Below, piece after piece: positions 19,271-30,246 of a stretch of DNA of 64,000 nucleotides. Made by a program: the position numbers and the translations under genes. The notes under the pieces were generated by a model. It worked only from the letters and a program-made list of their open reading frames with translations. It was not told the origin of the DNA and did not search any database. Source of the stretch: Deltaproteobacteria bacterium (GTDB taxonomy: Bacteria > Myxococcota > Kuafuiibacteriia > Kuafuiibacteriales > Kuafuiibacteriaceae). Position 1 is the first letter of the stretch, and every line of letters starts with the position of its first letter. The stretch covers positions 1-64,000 of the forward strand of contig JAVJQW010000038.1 in assembly GCA_040218735.1 (NCBI GenBank). Direction: 5' to 3'.

Positions 19271-20926
19271 GTGGGCCTGGGCGCACACCTCTTCGCGACC
19301 GCACTGTTCGCACTGACGGGTGCGTGTTCCTTCATCGTGGACGGCGATGCGTTTCGCTACGACGGCTCCATCGTCGAGCGCGACGCAGGTGATCCGAATC
19401 GAGACAGCGGCGCGCCCGACGCGGGTGACGTCGACGGCGGCCAGCTCGACGGTGGCGATCGCGATGGCGGCGTCATCGACGGCGGCGATCGCGACGCTGG
19501 AGATCGCGACGGCGGCGAACGCGACGCGGGCTTCGAACGCGACAGCGGCATCCACCGCGACGCCGGTCCGCGCGACGGGGGACGCGACGGCGGTCAGATC
19601 GACGGCGGCGTCGAGCTACTCACGGTCGAGCCCGCGGATCTCGAAGAAGGCATGGGCACCGCCGTGCCCGTCCCGATCGTGATCTCGGGCGCGGCGCTCC
19701 CCGTGAACGCGGTCGTCACGCAGGTCGCTGCGCACCCGATCGATCTCGGCACCCCCGTCGTCGGCGCCGACATGATCGCCATCCCCGTCGGCGTCCCGGT
19801 CGACGCGGTGTGGGGCCAAGGTGACAACGACCGCGAGGTCGTCCTCCAAGTTCGCGACGGGGCGAACGGACCTGTCTTCGGCGTCGCGCACCTCACGCTG
19901 ACCGCGCTCGACGAGCTGACGATCTCCACGTCCGGCCCGGAGGCCGCATCCGACCTCAACGGACGCTACGCCGAGGTCGTGATCCCCTCGGGCGTCGAGC
20001 TCACCGTCACCGGCGACCAGAACAGCCCCCTCGATCTCACCGCGACGGGGCGCATGCAGATCGCCGGTACGATCCGCATCGACGGCGCCAACGGACAAGC
20101 CTCGGCCGGCGGCTGCGGTGCGGGCGGCTCCAACGGCAACGGAGGTTGTGGCGCCCAGGGCGGACGCTCGGGCGGCGGCGGCGGCGGCAACGCCACCGCG
20201 GGCGCGACGGGCGGCGCCGGTAACGGTGGGCAAGCGACCTCGGGCGCGTGGCTGTTCCCGCTCTCGTCGGCGCGCGGCAACGGCGGCGGCGGCGGTGCGT
20301 TCGCCGTGACTGCGGGTTCGCGCGGTGGCGGTGGCGGCGGTGTCGTCGCGCTGACCAGCCTCGGTGCGCTCGAGATCGCCGGCATGACGATCTCGGTACG
20401 CGGAGAAGCCGGCGTCGGCGGCGGCTGTGGTGTGGTCGACGGCGGCCCCGGCGGCGGTGGCTCCGGCGGATCGATCCTCGTCCGCGGACGCGAGCTCGTC
20501 GGTGCGACGAACTTCGCGTTCGACGTCACGGGCGGCGCCGGTGGCGTCGCGGGCGGCTGCCCCGGCAACAACGGCGGGGCGGGAGCCCGCGGGCGCACGC
20601 GCCTCGACATCCCGGTCGGCAACCCACAGATCTCGATCGCTCCGGAGGAGACCAACACCCACGACCGGCGTGGCCCGGCGTTCCTCACGACCGACGTGAT
20701 CTTCACGGGCTCCACGGTGACCGTCTCGATGCTCGCGCAGAACGGGTTCGACTATCCGATGTCGATCGACACGATCAGCCCCGGCTCCGCGACGCCGATC
20801 AACGGGACCGCCCAGTACACCTTCAACAACGTGATGCCCGGACTGCACACCGTCTGCGCCGCCGCGCCGGGCGGGCTCGGCAACGACAAGGGAGAGACAT
20901 GTATCGACATCGCCGTGGTGCCCTGA
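19271..20926 (+). CDS. Gly-rich lipoprotein (DGG/DAG linker, PE-PGRS-like Gly repeats)
   Basis: LTGAC lipobox, RDGG/RDAG repeats and GGGGSGGSILV motifs. Start uncertain (GTG at 19271). Confidence 0.7.
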   Translation: MGLGAHLFATALFALTGACSFIVDGDAFRYDGSIVERDAGDPNRDSGAPDAGDVDGGQLDGGDRDGGVIDGGDRDAGDRDGGERDAGFERDSGIHRDAGPRDGGRDGGQIDGGVELLTVEPADLEEGMGTAVPVPIVISGAALPVNAVVTQVAAHPIDLGTPVVGADMIAIPVGVPVDAVWGQGDNDREVVLQVRDGANGPVFGVAHLTLTALDELTISTSGPEAASDLNGRYAEVVIPSGVELTVTGDQNSPLDLTATGRMQIAGTIRIDGANGQASAGGCGAGGSNGNGGCGAQGGRSGGGGGGNATAGATGGAGNGGQATSGAWLFPLSSARGNGGGGGAFAVTAGSRGGGGGGVVALTSLGALEIAGMTISVRGEAGVGGGCGVVDGGPGGGGSGGSILVRGRELVGATNFAFDVTGGAGGVAGGCPGNNGGAGARGRTRLDIPVGNPQISIAPEETNTHDRRGPAFLTTDVIFTGSTVTVSMLAQNGFDYPMSIDTISPGSATPINGTAQYTFNNVMPGLHTVCAAAPGGLGNDKGETCIDIAVVP

Positions 20927-21774
20927 TCGCCGCCGGGCTCGTCAGCGCCCTCGCGGGCACCGAAGCGCTCGCGGTCGAGCGCGTGGGGATCGTCGTGTCG
21001 TTGACCGTCAACGTCACGCGCGACGACGCCAACGCGCTCGCGGACGAGCTCGCGGCCTCGCTCGAGAAGGAGCTGAAGGTCGACGTGATCTCCGGCGAGG
21101 AGACGGAGCGTCGCCTCCCGACGGGTGGGCTCGACGAAGAGTGCATCGCCAAGGCCGAGTGTCTGAAGGACCTCAGCGCGCGCCTCGAAGCACGACAGCT
21201 GTTGATGCTCGTCCTGTTGCAGGTCGGCGACGCGCTCCAGATCGACACGACTTGGGTCGACGCCGAGGCGAACCGAACCCTCCCGCGCGACGCGATCCGG
21301 CTGGAGTCCGGCGCCGCACGTGAGCCGGTGTTTCGCCGCGCGGCGCCCGGGTTGCTGCCCGGCGTCGAACGTCGGCCCCCCGAACAGATCGCCGACGCCG
21401 AGGTGAAGGGGGAGGCCGGCGACACGACCGTGCAGGTCGTCGCGACCCCCGAGCCCAACCTCGCGCCCGTCTTCGCGGCGGGGGGCGTGGGTGCCGCGCT
21501 TCTGATCGGGGGAATCGTCGCGGGGGTCTCGGCCGCGTCCGACGAGTCATCGCTCGAAGACGACATGTGCGACCGGCGCGCGTGTGATGCGTCGCGGGTC
21601 GACGCCATGGAGACGAAGGCGCTCGTGGCCGACCTCCTGTACGCGGGTGCGCTCGTATCCGCGGGCGTTGCCGTCGTACTCTACGTGCTGACGGGTGACG
21701 CGGACGCCGAGCCCTCCGTCGAAGTCGCGCCGACGCGCGATGGTGTGCGTGCGTCCTGGGGGGTTCGGTTCTGA
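20899..21774 (+). CDS. hypothetical secreted or membrane protein
   Basis: ATG preceded by GGGAGA, signal peptide (ALA|V), two C-terminal hydrophobic segments and a terminal F. Confidence 0.7.
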   Translation: MYRHRRGALIAAGLVSALAGTEALAVERVGIVVSLTVNVTRDDANALADELAASLEKELKVDVISGEETERRLPTGGLDEECIAKAECLKDLSARLEARQLLMLVLLQVGDALQIDTTWVDAEANRTLPRDAIRLESGAAREPVFRRAAPGLLPGVERRPPEQIADAEVKGEAGDTTVQVVATPEPNLAPVFAAGGVGAALLIGGIVAGVSAASDESSLEDDMCDRRACDASRVDAMETKALVADLLYAGALVSAGVAVVLYVLTGDADAEPSVEVAPTRDGVRASWGVRF

Positions 21775-21803
21775 GCTACGAAGTCGAAGAGACCGCCGAT
21801 TTC

Positions 21804-23567
21804 GTGCCGGAGGAACCGCCGCGTCGCGTCTGCGAGCGGTGCTGCGCCGTGTATCGCACGGCGTACTCGCGCTGCCCGCTCGACGGCGGCCACCTCGTGT
21901 ACCGCAACGACGACCCGCTCGTCGGCGGCACGCTGGGCGGGCGGTACGTCATCATCGAGTGTGTCGGCGAAGGCGCGATGGGGCGCGTGTACCGCGCGCG
22001 TCACAACCGCGTGTCGCGCATGTTCGCCGTGAAGGTCCTCTTCGGCGACCTCGCGGCCAACGAACAGATGCGCGCGCGCTTCGCGCGTGAGGCGGAGGCC
22101 GCGAGTCGGCTGACCCACCCGAACGTCGTGTCCGTCGTCGACTTCGGTGAGACCGACGCCGGGCTCTTGTACATCGCGATGGAGTTCATCGAGGGCAAGA
22201 CGCTCGGCCAGATGGTGCGCGAGAAGGGCCGGCTCGAAGAGGCCGACGTCCGAAACCTGGGCGTCGAGATCCTCCACGGGCTCGCGCACGCGCACGAGGC
22301 CGGGTTGGTCCACCGCGACCTCAAACCCGAGAACATCATCGTCGTGAAGCAGGGCTCGCGCGAGGTGCCGAAGATCGTCGACTTCGGCGTGGCGTTCCTC
22401 GACGAGGGCAACCGCAAGCAGCAGGACGCGCGCCTCACGCAGTCGGGGTGCATCGTCGGGACGCCGTCGTTCATGGCGCCCGAGCAAGCGCTCGGCGAGT
22501 CCGTGGGTCCGACGGCGGACCTCTTCAGCTTCGGCGTCTGCCTGTACTACGCGCTCGCCGGTCGCGCGCCGTTCGACGGCGAGGCCGTCACCGTCCTGCA
22601 GCGGCTGATGTGTGATCCGATCCCGCCGGTCGTCGACCGCGCGCCGGACGCCGAGGTGTCGACCGCGATGCAGTCGCTGCTCGACAAACTCACCGAGCGG
22701 GCCGTCGAAGATCGCTTCCAGACCTGCGAAGAGGTCATCGCCGCGCTCGAAGCCATGGACGGCGAAGCCGCCGCGATGACGGCCCCGACCCACGCCGGGG
22801 ACAGCAGCGCGATGTACGCGTCCGTCCAGCGAGGTCCGGCACCGATGCTCATCGGGCTCGCCGCGATCTGCGTCATCGGCCTCGGCGCCGCCGGCTACCT
22901 CGTCACGCGTTCCGAGGCGAAGGAGACCAAGCTCGTCGAGCTCAGCGAGGGCGCGACGCCGACGCGCGTGTCACCGAGGCGAGCGACGCCCGCGGCGGAC
23001 GCCCAGGTCGACGCCCTCGACGCCGAGCTGGACGCGCTCGAAGGCGCCGACGAACCCGCGAAGCTCGAACCCATCGAACTGACCGAACCGACCGAACCGG
23101 AACGCGCGCCTCCGGAAGAGGCCGTCGAGGCCGAGACGCCCGCGCTCGCGGACGAGGCCCCGGCCGCCGCGGTGAAGCGCGCACCGCCGCGCCGCCGCCC
23201 CGCGCCGAGCGTCGTGTCGGTGCCGAAGAAACAGGCCGAGGCCAACACGATCCCGAAGGAAGCGGCGCCGCCGAAGCCGCCCGCGCCGACGTCGACCGCG
23301 AAGTCGGCGCCCAAGACCGCCCCCAAGGCCGCACCGAAGGTCGACGAGGCCCCCGCGATCCCTCCGGTCAGCGAGCTGCGTGAACGGTACCTGCGCGTCG
23401 GTCAGGCGCTGGAGCGACTCGGCGCCCTACGGGGTGATGACGTCGCCGATCCGCTGAGGACCCGCTACTTCAAGATCCCCTACGCGACCGCCCAACGGGT
23501 GCCTTCCGTGCGCCGAGACGTGGTCGAGACCCTCCGGCAGCTCGAACGCGAGATCGCCGCGAAGTAG
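21804..23567 (+). CDS. membrane Ser/Thr protein kinase
   Basis: N-terminal CxxC...CPx[24 protein letters not shown] helix and a Pro/Ala-rich tail. Confidence 0.92.
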   Translation: MPEEPPRRVCERCCAVYRTAYSRCPLDGGHLVYRNDDPLVGGTLGGRYVIIECVGEGAMGRVYRARHNRVSRMFAVKVLFGDLAANEQMRARFAREAEAASRLTHPNVVSVVDFGETDAGLLYIAMEFIEGKTLGQMVREKGRLEEADVRNLGVEILHGLAHAHEAGLVHRDLKPENIIVVKQGSREVPKIVDFGVAFLDEGNRKQQDARLTQSGCIVGTPSFMAPEQALGESVGPTADLFSFGVCLYYALAGRAPFDGEAVTVLQRLMCDPIPPVVDRAPDAEVSTAMQSLLDKLTERAVEDRFQTCEEVIAALEAMDGEAAAMTAPTHAGDSSAMYASVQRGPAPMLIGLAAICVIGLGAAGYLVTRSEAKETKLVELSEGATPTRVSPRRATPAADAQVDALDAELDALEGADEPAKLEPIELTEPTEPERAPPEEAVEAETPALADEAPAAAVKRAPPRRRPAPSVVSVPKKQAEANTIPKEAAPPKPPAPTSTAKSAPKTAPKAAPKVDEAPAIPPVSELRERYLRVGQALERLGALRGDDVADPLRTRYFKIPYATAQRVPSVRRDVVETLRQLEREIAAK

Positions 23568-23611
23568 TTCCTCCTTGCCAGGGGGCCCGACGACGGGAAA
23601 GACACGGCTCG

Positions 23612-25498
23612 ATGAGTCGGTTGGGGGACGTGGATCTGCACCTGTTCGCGGAGGGGACGCACGCGCGCCTCTTCGAGAAGCTCGGGGCGCACCCGGGGAC
23701 ACAGGACGGCGTCGCCGGGACCCACTTCGCGGTCTGGGCGCCGAACGCCGAGTGTGTCTCGGTCCTCGGTGACTTCAACGGCTGGCACGGCGGGCAGCAC
23801 CGTCTCGAGCCCGTCGCGAGCTCCGGGGTCTGGGCGGGGTTCGTCGCCGGCGTCGGGGTCGGGGCGACGTACAAGTACGGGATCGAGTCGCGCGTCGACG
23901 GGTACCGCGTCGAGAAGGCGGACCCGTTCGGCTTCGCGGCCGAGATCCCGCCGAAGACGGCGTCGGTCGTCGCGGAGGAGCAGCACACCTGGAACGACGA
24001 CGCTTGGCTGAAGGCCCGCGCTCCGCGGCCGCCGCTGTCCTCGCCGATGTCGATCTACGAGGTGCACCTCGGTTCGTGGCGTCGTGTGGTGGAGGAGGGC
24101 AACCGCTCGCTCACCTACCGCGAGGCGGCCCCGCGCCTCGCGCAGCACGTGAAGGAGATGGGGTTCACACACATCGAGCTCCTCCCGGTGATGGAGCACC
24201 CGTTCTACGGATCGTGGGGCTACCAGACGTGCGGCTACTTCGCGCCGACCTCGCGCTATGGGTCGCCGGACGATCTGCGGTGGTTCATCGACTACCTCCA
24301 CCAGCGTGACATCGGCGTCCTCCTCGACTGGGTGCCGTCGCACTTCCCGACGGACGAACACGGACTCGCGTACTTCGACGGCACGCACCTGTTCGAGCAC
24401 GCGGACCCGCGCCAAGGTTTCCACCCGGACTGGAAGAGCGCGATCTTCAACTACGGACGCAATGAAGTTCGCAGCTTTCTACTGAGTAGCGCGTTCTACT
24501 GGATGGAACGATTCCACATCGACGGCCTGCGCGTGGATGCGGTGGCGTCGATGCTCTACCTCGACTACTCGCGCGACACCGGCGAGTGGATCCCGAACCG
24601 CTACGGCGGACGCGAGAACCTGGAGGCGATGGACTTCCTGCGCACGCTCAACACGATGGTGCACGCGGAGTTCCCGGGCGCCGTGACGATCGCCGAGGAG
24701 TCGACCGCCTGGCCGATGGTCTCGCGCCCCGTCGAGCTCGGCGGGCTCGGGTTCACGATGAAGTGGGACATGGGTTGGATGCACGACACGCTCGCGTACA
24801 TGGAGCGCGACCCCATCCACCGCCGCTATCACCAGGATCAGCTCACGTTCCGCAGCATCTACATGGACACCGAGAACTTCGTGATGCCGCTGTCACACGA
24901 CGAGGTCGTGCACCTGAAGGGCTCGCTGCTGGAGAAGATGCCGGGCGACGACTGGCAACGGCGCGCCAACCTGCGGCTCCTCTACGCGTACATGTTCACG
25001 CAGCCGGGGAAGAAGCTCCTCTTCATGGGCGGCGAAGTCGGCCAGTGGAGCGAGTGGAGCCACGAGGGGAGCGTTGACTGGCACCTCCTCGAGCACCCCG
25101 AGCACCGCGGCCTGATGCGGTGCCTCGGCGACCTCGCGCGCCTGTACGCGGAGCAGCCCGTGCTGCACGCGAAGGACTGTGAGCCCGGCGGCTTCGAGTG
25201 GATCGACTGCAGCGATCGCGACAACAGCGTGCTCGCCTACCTGCGCCGCGGCGCGGAGCCCGAGGACGTGCTCCTCGCCGTCTTCAACTTCACGCCGATC
25301 GTGCGCGAGGGCTATCGCATCGGCGTCCCGTCGGGCGGCACGTGGCGCGAGGTCCTCAACACCGACGCGCGCTCCTACGGAGGGAGCGGGCAGGGCAACC
25401 TGGGCGAGGTCCAGGCCGAGGCGATCGAGGCGCACGGTCGGCCGTACTCGTTGGGGTTGACGTTGCCGCCGCTGGGCGCGGCGATCTTCAGACCTTGA
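23612..25498 (+). CDS. glgB: 1,4-alpha-glucan branching enzyme
   Basis: [42 protein letters not shown] and LSHDEVVH. Confidence 0.96.
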   Translation: MSRLGDVDLHLFAEGTHARLFEKLGAHPGTQDGVAGTHFAVWAPNAECVSVLGDFNGWHGGQHRLEPVASSGVWAGFVAGVGVGATYKYGIESRVDGYRVEKADPFGFAAEIPPKTASVVAEEQHTWNDDAWLKARAPRPPLSSPMSIYEVHLGSWRRVVEEGNRSLTYREAAPRLAQHVKEMGFTHIELLPVMEHPFYGSWGYQTCGYFAPTSRYGSPDDLRWFIDYLHQRDIGVLLDWVPSHFPTDEHGLAYFDGTHLFEHADPRQGFHPDWKSAIFNYGRNEVRSFLLSSAFYWMERFHIDGLRVDAVASMLYLDYSRDTGEWIPNRYGGRENLEAMDFLRTLNTMVHAEFPGAVTIAEESTAWPMVSRPVELGGLGFTMKWDMGWMHDTLAYMERDPIHRRYHQDQLTFRSIYMDTENFVMPLSHDEVVHLKGSLLEKMPGDDWQRRANLRLLYAYMFTQPGKKLLFMGGEVGQWSEWSHEGSVDWHLLEHPEHRGLMRCLGDLARLYAEQPVLHAKDCEPGGFEWIDCSDRDNSVLAYLRRGAEPEDVLLAVFNFTPIVREGYRIGVPSGGTWREVLNTDARSYGGSGQGNLGEVQAEAIEAHGRPYSLGLTLPPLGAAIFRP

Positions 25499-25560
25499 AA
25501 GAGCGTGCGCGCCCGCATGGGCTTGGCCGGATCGCCAGGGTCGAAGTACACCCGACGACG

Positions 25561-26070
25561 ATGGCGAAGTGGAGCTGGCTCGTTGCGCTCGCGATGTTCG
25601 TGCCGAGCGTCGCCGACGCGAACGATACGAAATTCGTAACCCACGCGCGGACCGGTCTGGCCGCCGGCTACGAAGTGCTCGGCGCCGACCCGCGTTTCAC
25701 CGGGCGCCTCGGGCTGGGCGCGGGGTTCATCGACATCCGAAGCGGCGGTGGTCTGCTGATCGACGCCAACATCACCGGCGGCGAGGACCCGGGCCTGCGC
25801 TTCGTAGACGCGCTCCGCTTCGAGCTCTCCGTCCACCTGTGGACGCCGAAGGGCGCCGTCCGGTTCTTCGGCGGGACCCGCCTGACGGACGCCGAGGCGG
25901 GGTTCGGTGGCGTCGCTTACGGCTTCCCCATCCCGATCCCGACCTCCCAGCGAACGGCGCTCGGTGTCATCCCGGAGGTGGGGGTCTGGGTCGGGGAGGG
26001 CGCGTTCGGCGACATCGACGCGCTGCTGCAGGTGCAGGTCCTCTTCGACTTCTACGTGCTCATTCACTGA
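25561..26070 (+). CDS. hypothetical secreted, beta-strand-rich protein
   Basis: Signal peptide (ADA|N) and alternating hydrophobic strands. Confidence 0.6.
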   Translation: MAKWSWLVALAMFVPSVADANDTKFVTHARTGLAAGYEVLGADPRFTGRLGLGAGFIDIRSGGGLLIDANITGGEDPGLRFVDALRFELSVHLWTPKGAVRFFGGTRLTDAEAGFGGVAYGFPIPIPTSQRTALGVIPEVGVWVGEGAFGDIDALLQVQVLFDFYVLIH

Positions 26071-27449
26071 TCGTCGTCGTCGACGATCGCGACCTCGCCG
26101 GCCGCGACGCTGAGCGCGCCGGGATCCTTCGTCGCGACCACCGAGAGCAACCCCTCTTGCTCCGGGTCGATCACCGAGAGGCGCCCACCGTCCGCACCCT
26201 CCGCGCCGCCGACGCGCCCCTGGATCGCTTCGATGGCCCCGCGCGCGGCGGACTTGAGCTGCGCGTTCTTGAAGAGCCCCTTCGCGTGGTCCATCAACGA
26301 CTCGACGGCGTCGATCGTGCCGGCTTCACCGAGCGCCGCGCAGGCGGCGATCTTCACCTCGTCCTCGGCGTGGTCGAGGAGCGGGAGCAGTACACGTGTG
26401 GTGCGCGGGTCGTCGATGACACCCATCGCCCGCGCCGCGGCCGCGACCACCGCGGTTCGGCGGCCTTCGAGGAGGCCGGTCACCCTCGCACGCGCCGCGA
26501 CGAAGCGTTCGCGTCGGACGGTGAGGAGCGCTTGGATCACCAGCGGATCGTTCGGGCTGCGCAGGACATCGAGGGTGCGGGTCTCGAGGTCCGCGCGGGG
26601 GAGTCGCTCCGTGAGGAGCCCGAACGCCTCAGCCGCGACGTCGCGCGGGGAGGTCGGATCGTCGACGAGGCCCTGGAGCGCGTCGATGCCCCGACCGCCG
26701 CAGATGCGACCCGCGAGGAGGCGGACGCGGTGGGTCTTGTCGGTGAGCGCGGCCTCCGCGGCGGGCATGGTCTTGGCGTGCCGCCAGAAGAAGCGCCGGA
26801 GGTAGTCGAGGTTGCGGTGGCGAACGCCGGACGACGGATCGGACGCCACGTTCTGCGCGAGGCGCTCCGGGATCTCCTGCTCGCGGATCGACATGAGCTG
26901 CGCGATGCGAACCATGCGACGAACGCGCGCCTCGATCTTGTTGCCGTCGCGCTCGTGGCCGGGGCGCGACGAAGTGACCTGGCCGTCCTTCACGACGCCG
27001 CGGTCCTTGCGCACGAGCTCCGCGACTGCGGCGCGCGCTTCGCCGGTCAGTACCGCGAGGAGAGTGCTCTCCACGCCGCGTACGCGGACGAGGTCATCGA
27101 ACTCCTTCTCCCCGACGATGATCTCCTGACCGAGCACGTCGAGCCCCGACCAGAACGTCTCGCTCGCGAGCGCGATGTCGTTCGGGATGCGCGTGCCGCC
27201 GTCCACCGTCACGACCGTGAAGTTGTCGCCGGAGCCGCTGCCGCTACGCTTCATCTCCACCGTGACCGCATAGTGATCCAGGTGGCCGGTGATCTTCGGA
27301 CCGCCGGTGAGGCCGGACGCCTCGAAGGTGAGCCCGAGGGACGAGGCTGCGGCGCGCCACGTGTCGTCGGACCGGGACCGCCACATCGCCTGCAGGACGA
27401 GCACGACCGCGCCGGCCGCGATCGGTACTAGGATCTCCAGCCCGCCCAC
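26064..27449 (-). CDS. membrane-anchored HEAT-repeat protein
   Basis: N-terminal TM helix, HEAT-like repeats (AARAMG, ACAALG) and GRLS/GLLS/GALS tail repeats. Confidence 0.75.
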   Translation of the reverse strand: MGGLEILVPIAAGAVVLVLQAMWRSRSDDTWRAAASSLGLTFEASGLTGGPKITGHLDHYAVTVEMKRSGSGSGDNFTVVTVDGGTRIPNDIALASETFWSGLDVLGQEIIVGEKEFDDLVRVRGVESTLLAVLTGEARAAVAELVRKDRGVVKDGQVTSSRPGHERDGNKIEARVRRMVRIAQLMSIREQEIPERLAQNVASDPSSGVRHRNLDYLRRFFWRHAKTMPAAEAALTDKTHRVRLLAGRICGGRGIDALQGLVDDPTSPRDVAAEAFGLLTERLPRADLETRTLDVLRSPNDPLVIQALLTVRRERFVAARARVTGLLEGRRTAVVAAAARAMGVIDDPRTTRVLLPLLDHAEDEVKIAACAALGEAGTIDAVESLMDHAKGLFKNAQLKSAARGAIEAIQGRVGGAEGADGGRLSVIDPEQEGLLSVVATKDPGALSVAAGEVAIVDDDDQ

Positions 27450-27580
27450 GTCGCGGATTGTTCCTCGACCACGGCACGGCTGTCGATGGGGTTGCCGCGC
27501 CCCTGCGACGGCCTGTTCGCGGTCGGACCGCCGAGGCGCCTTCTTCGCGCGCAAGCGATGATGTTAAAACGGAGCGACCC

Positions 27581-28894
27581 GTGGACCCGCTGTTCTTCAT
27601 GAGCCGGCTCCTCGGGCGCGCCGCCGCGGTTGCCTACGCGCCGAAGAGTCGCCGGCGGTTCCTCCCGGCGACGCAGGAGGACCTCGAGGCGTTCTCGACG
27701 GGCCGCCCCGAGTGGGCGACGCGCTCGCTCCTCCCCAGCCACTGGCGAACCGTCGCGAACGACCGGGTGGTGCTCGTACAGCAGCAGACGTGGAGCGAGC
27801 CGCCCGACCTCGACCAGGGGGCGCGCATGGTGCGTGCACAGGTGTCGATCGACGCGCGCGACATCCTCGGTCCGGGGTTGGCGCTGACCACGCTGGTCTC
27901 CGAGACCGCCATCGGTGACGACGCCCTCGCGAGCGCGATCCTCGGCGGGCCCAGCTTCTGCCCGTCCGACGTGTGGACGACCCTCCAGATGCTCTCGATC
28001 CACGACGGAATCCTCGGGTTGGAGGTCGAGACCCAGGTCGAGCACCGCATCGTCGACACCGTGATCGACGTGCTCGCCCGGCTCGTCGACCGCCTCGAGA
28101 ACGCCCAGTTCGAAGGGGGGCGGATCGACGTCACGAAGCTCCTGTTCGAGAACCTGAGGAGCAGCACCGCGCGCGCGCGGGTCGACGCTCTGGTCCACCT
28201 CCTCGATCGGGACGGGGAAGGGGCTCAGGTCGCGCGGCGGATCGTCGAGGAAGCCGAAGATCCCGAGCTGCGCCTCGTGGTGCTCCGCTACGACGACCGG
28301 ACCGACGGCCTCGCGCAGATGGTGAAGGACGCCACCGTACCGGGCGCGCTCCGAGCGCGGGCGTTGATTCACCTCGTGCAGCGCCTCCCCTCGGAGCGCC
28401 AGGGGGACACCGTGATGGATGCGCTGACGTCCGGGGTCCTGGACGTCGTCGACGAGGCCATCCGAATCGCCGGAAGGATGCGCTACGCACCGGCCGGTCC
28501 GTCGATCGCGCGGTTGGTGATGGAGGCTTCGCCCAAACGCGCGACCGCCGCGGTGCGTGCGTTGGAGCGCATCCAGGGGGCCGCCGCGACGTCCACGTTC
28601 CTGTCCGCCCTGAAGCGTCGCGAGGAGAACCTCCTGCTCGCCGCGATCGACGCGCTGGGGCGGGTCGCCGGGATCGAGGCCGTCTCGGCGCTCGATGCGT
28701 TCGTCATCGGGGATGTCGGGCGCGACCTGACCATCGCCGCGAGCGCTGCGATCGAGCTGATCCAGGCGCGTGCACCGGTCGTCGCGCCCGGCGCGCTCTC
28801 CCTGGCTCGGGCGGGGGAGGGGGCCCTCTCCGTGACCACCGCGACGCGCGGCGCGCTCAGCGACGTCGACCCGAGCGGTGAAACCGATCGTTGA
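27581..28894 (+). CDS. HEAT-repeat protein
   Basis: AVRALERI and AIDALGRV repeats, three GALS tail repeats. Start uncertain (GTG after GGAG). Confidence 0.7.
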   Translation: MDPLFFMSRLLGRAAAVAYAPKSRRRFLPATQEDLEAFSTGRPEWATRSLLPSHWRTVANDRVVLVQQQTWSEPPDLDQGARMVRAQVSIDARDILGPGLALTTLVSETAIGDDALASAILGGPSFCPSDVWTTLQMLSIHDGILGLEVETQVEHRIVDTVIDVLARLVDRLENAQFEGGRIDVTKLLFENLRSSTARARVDALVHLLDRDGEGAQVARRIVEEAEDPELRLVVLRYDDRTDGLAQMVKDATVPGALRARALIHLVQRLPSERQGDTVMDALTSGVLDVVDEAIRIAGRMRYAPAGPSIARLVMEASPKRATAAVRALERIQGAAATSTFLSALKRREENLLLAAIDALGRVAGIEAVSALDAFVIGDVGRDLTIAASAAIELIQARAPVVAPGALSLARAGEGALSVTTATRGALSDVDPSGETDR

Positions 28895-30236
28895 TGTATC
28901 CACGGCGGCGATTCAGACTCCGCGCGTGCTGAAGGCCCGCCAGCGACTCGGAAAGTACCGCGTCGAGAAGAAGATCGGTGAGGGCGGGTTCGCGATGGTC
29001 TACCGCGCGTACGACACGATCGAAGGGATCCCGGTCGCGCTGAAGGTTCCGCACTGGCGTCACTTCAAACCCGACCTCGTGCGTGCGCTCCGTCAGGAAG
29101 TGCGCATGTCGGCGGGGCTCGATCATCCGAACATCCTTCCGATCAAGAACGCCGAGTTCATCGACAAGACGTTCGTCATCGTCTACCCGCTCGGCGACGG
29201 TACCCTCGCGGATCGCATGCGCAAACGTCTGTCGACGCGCACCGCGCTCGACTTCGCCGAGCAGATGCTGAGCGCGCTCGCGTACGCGCACAAACATCGC
29301 GTCATCCACTGCGACATCAAACCCGACAACTTCATCCTCTTCCCGAACGCGACGCTGCGCCTCGCCGACTTCGGCATCGCGAAGTTCGCGCAGAACCGAA
29401 AGAGCGTGCGCGCGGAGGGCACGGGCACGGTCGGGTACATCGCGCCCGAGCAGGCGTTCGGAAAGCCGAGCCTGCGCAGCGACGTGTTTGCGCTCGGGCT
29501 GGTCTTCTACCGGATGTTCACCGGGCACCTGCCGGAGTGGCCCTACGAGTGGCCGCCGCCCGGGTTCGATCGGTTGAAGGTCGCGGTGCCGGGTGACTTC
29601 CAGAAGTTCCTGAAGAAGGCGCTCTGGGTCGATCAGCACAAGCGCTTCGCGGACGGGAACCAGATGTTCGCGGCGTTCAAGCGCCTCAAACCCACGGCGC
29701 GCCGGCACGCGACCACGCGCGCGAAGAAACGCGCCGCGAAGGTCACGGCGCCGACCGACTGGCGCACGCTCAAGATCAAACAGTTCCGTCGGGAGCACGG
29801 GAAGGAGCTCGCGCTCAAGGCGGTGTGCCGTCGGTGCGCCGGGCCGATGAGCGAGCCGATGCTCCACTGCCCGTGGTGCGGCGACCACAAGAAGGTCTAC
29901 CAGGGCGAGTCGTCGTTCCCGCAGCGCTGTGGCCGGTGCGGTCGCGGTCAAAAACTCGACTGGCGGTTCTGCGCCTGGTGTTATGGCGGAAAGCTGGAGC
30001 CCGAGACGAACCGTGAGTACACCGATGTTCGGTACGAAGCGCGCTGCTCGAACAGCAAGTGCACGCGCAAGGAGCTCATGCCGTTCATGCGCTACTGCCC
30101 GTGGTGCAGGACGAAGGTTCGCAAGTCGTGGCCGATTCTCGGTTCGCGCGACAAGTGCTCGCGGTGCCACAACGGTGTGGTCCACGAGTACTGGGACTAC
30201 TGCCCGTGGTGCGGTAAATCGCAGCGCGGTCATTGA
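28878..30236 (+). CDS. Ser/Thr protein kinase with C-terminal multiple zinc-ribbon (DZR-like) repeats
   Basis: GEGGFA, HCDIKPDN, DFG, APE and four CxxC...CPWC-type units. Confidence 0.88.
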   Translation: MKPIVDVSTAAIQTPRVLKARQRLGKYRVEKKIGEGGFAMVYRAYDTIEGIPVALKVPHWRHFKPDLVRALRQEVRMSAGLDHPNILPIKNAEFIDKTFVIVYPLGDGTLADRMRKRLSTRTALDFAEQMLSALAYAHKHRVIHCDIKPDNFILFPNATLRLADFGIAKFAQNRKSVRAEGTGTVGYIAPEQAFGKPSLRSDVFALGLVFYRMFTGHLPEWPYEWPPPGFDRLKVAVPGDFQKFLKKALWVDQHKRFADGNQMFAAFKRLKPTARRHATTRAKKRAAKVTAPTDWRTLKIKQFRREHGKELALKAVCRRCAGPMSEPMLHCPWCGDHKKVYQGESSFPQRCGRCGRGQKLDWRFCAWCYGGKLEPETNREYTDVRYEARCSNSKCTRKELMPFMRYCPWCRTKVRKSWPILGSRDKCSRCHNGVVHEYWDYCPWCGKSQRGH

Positions 30237-30246
30237 ACGTTGAGCG

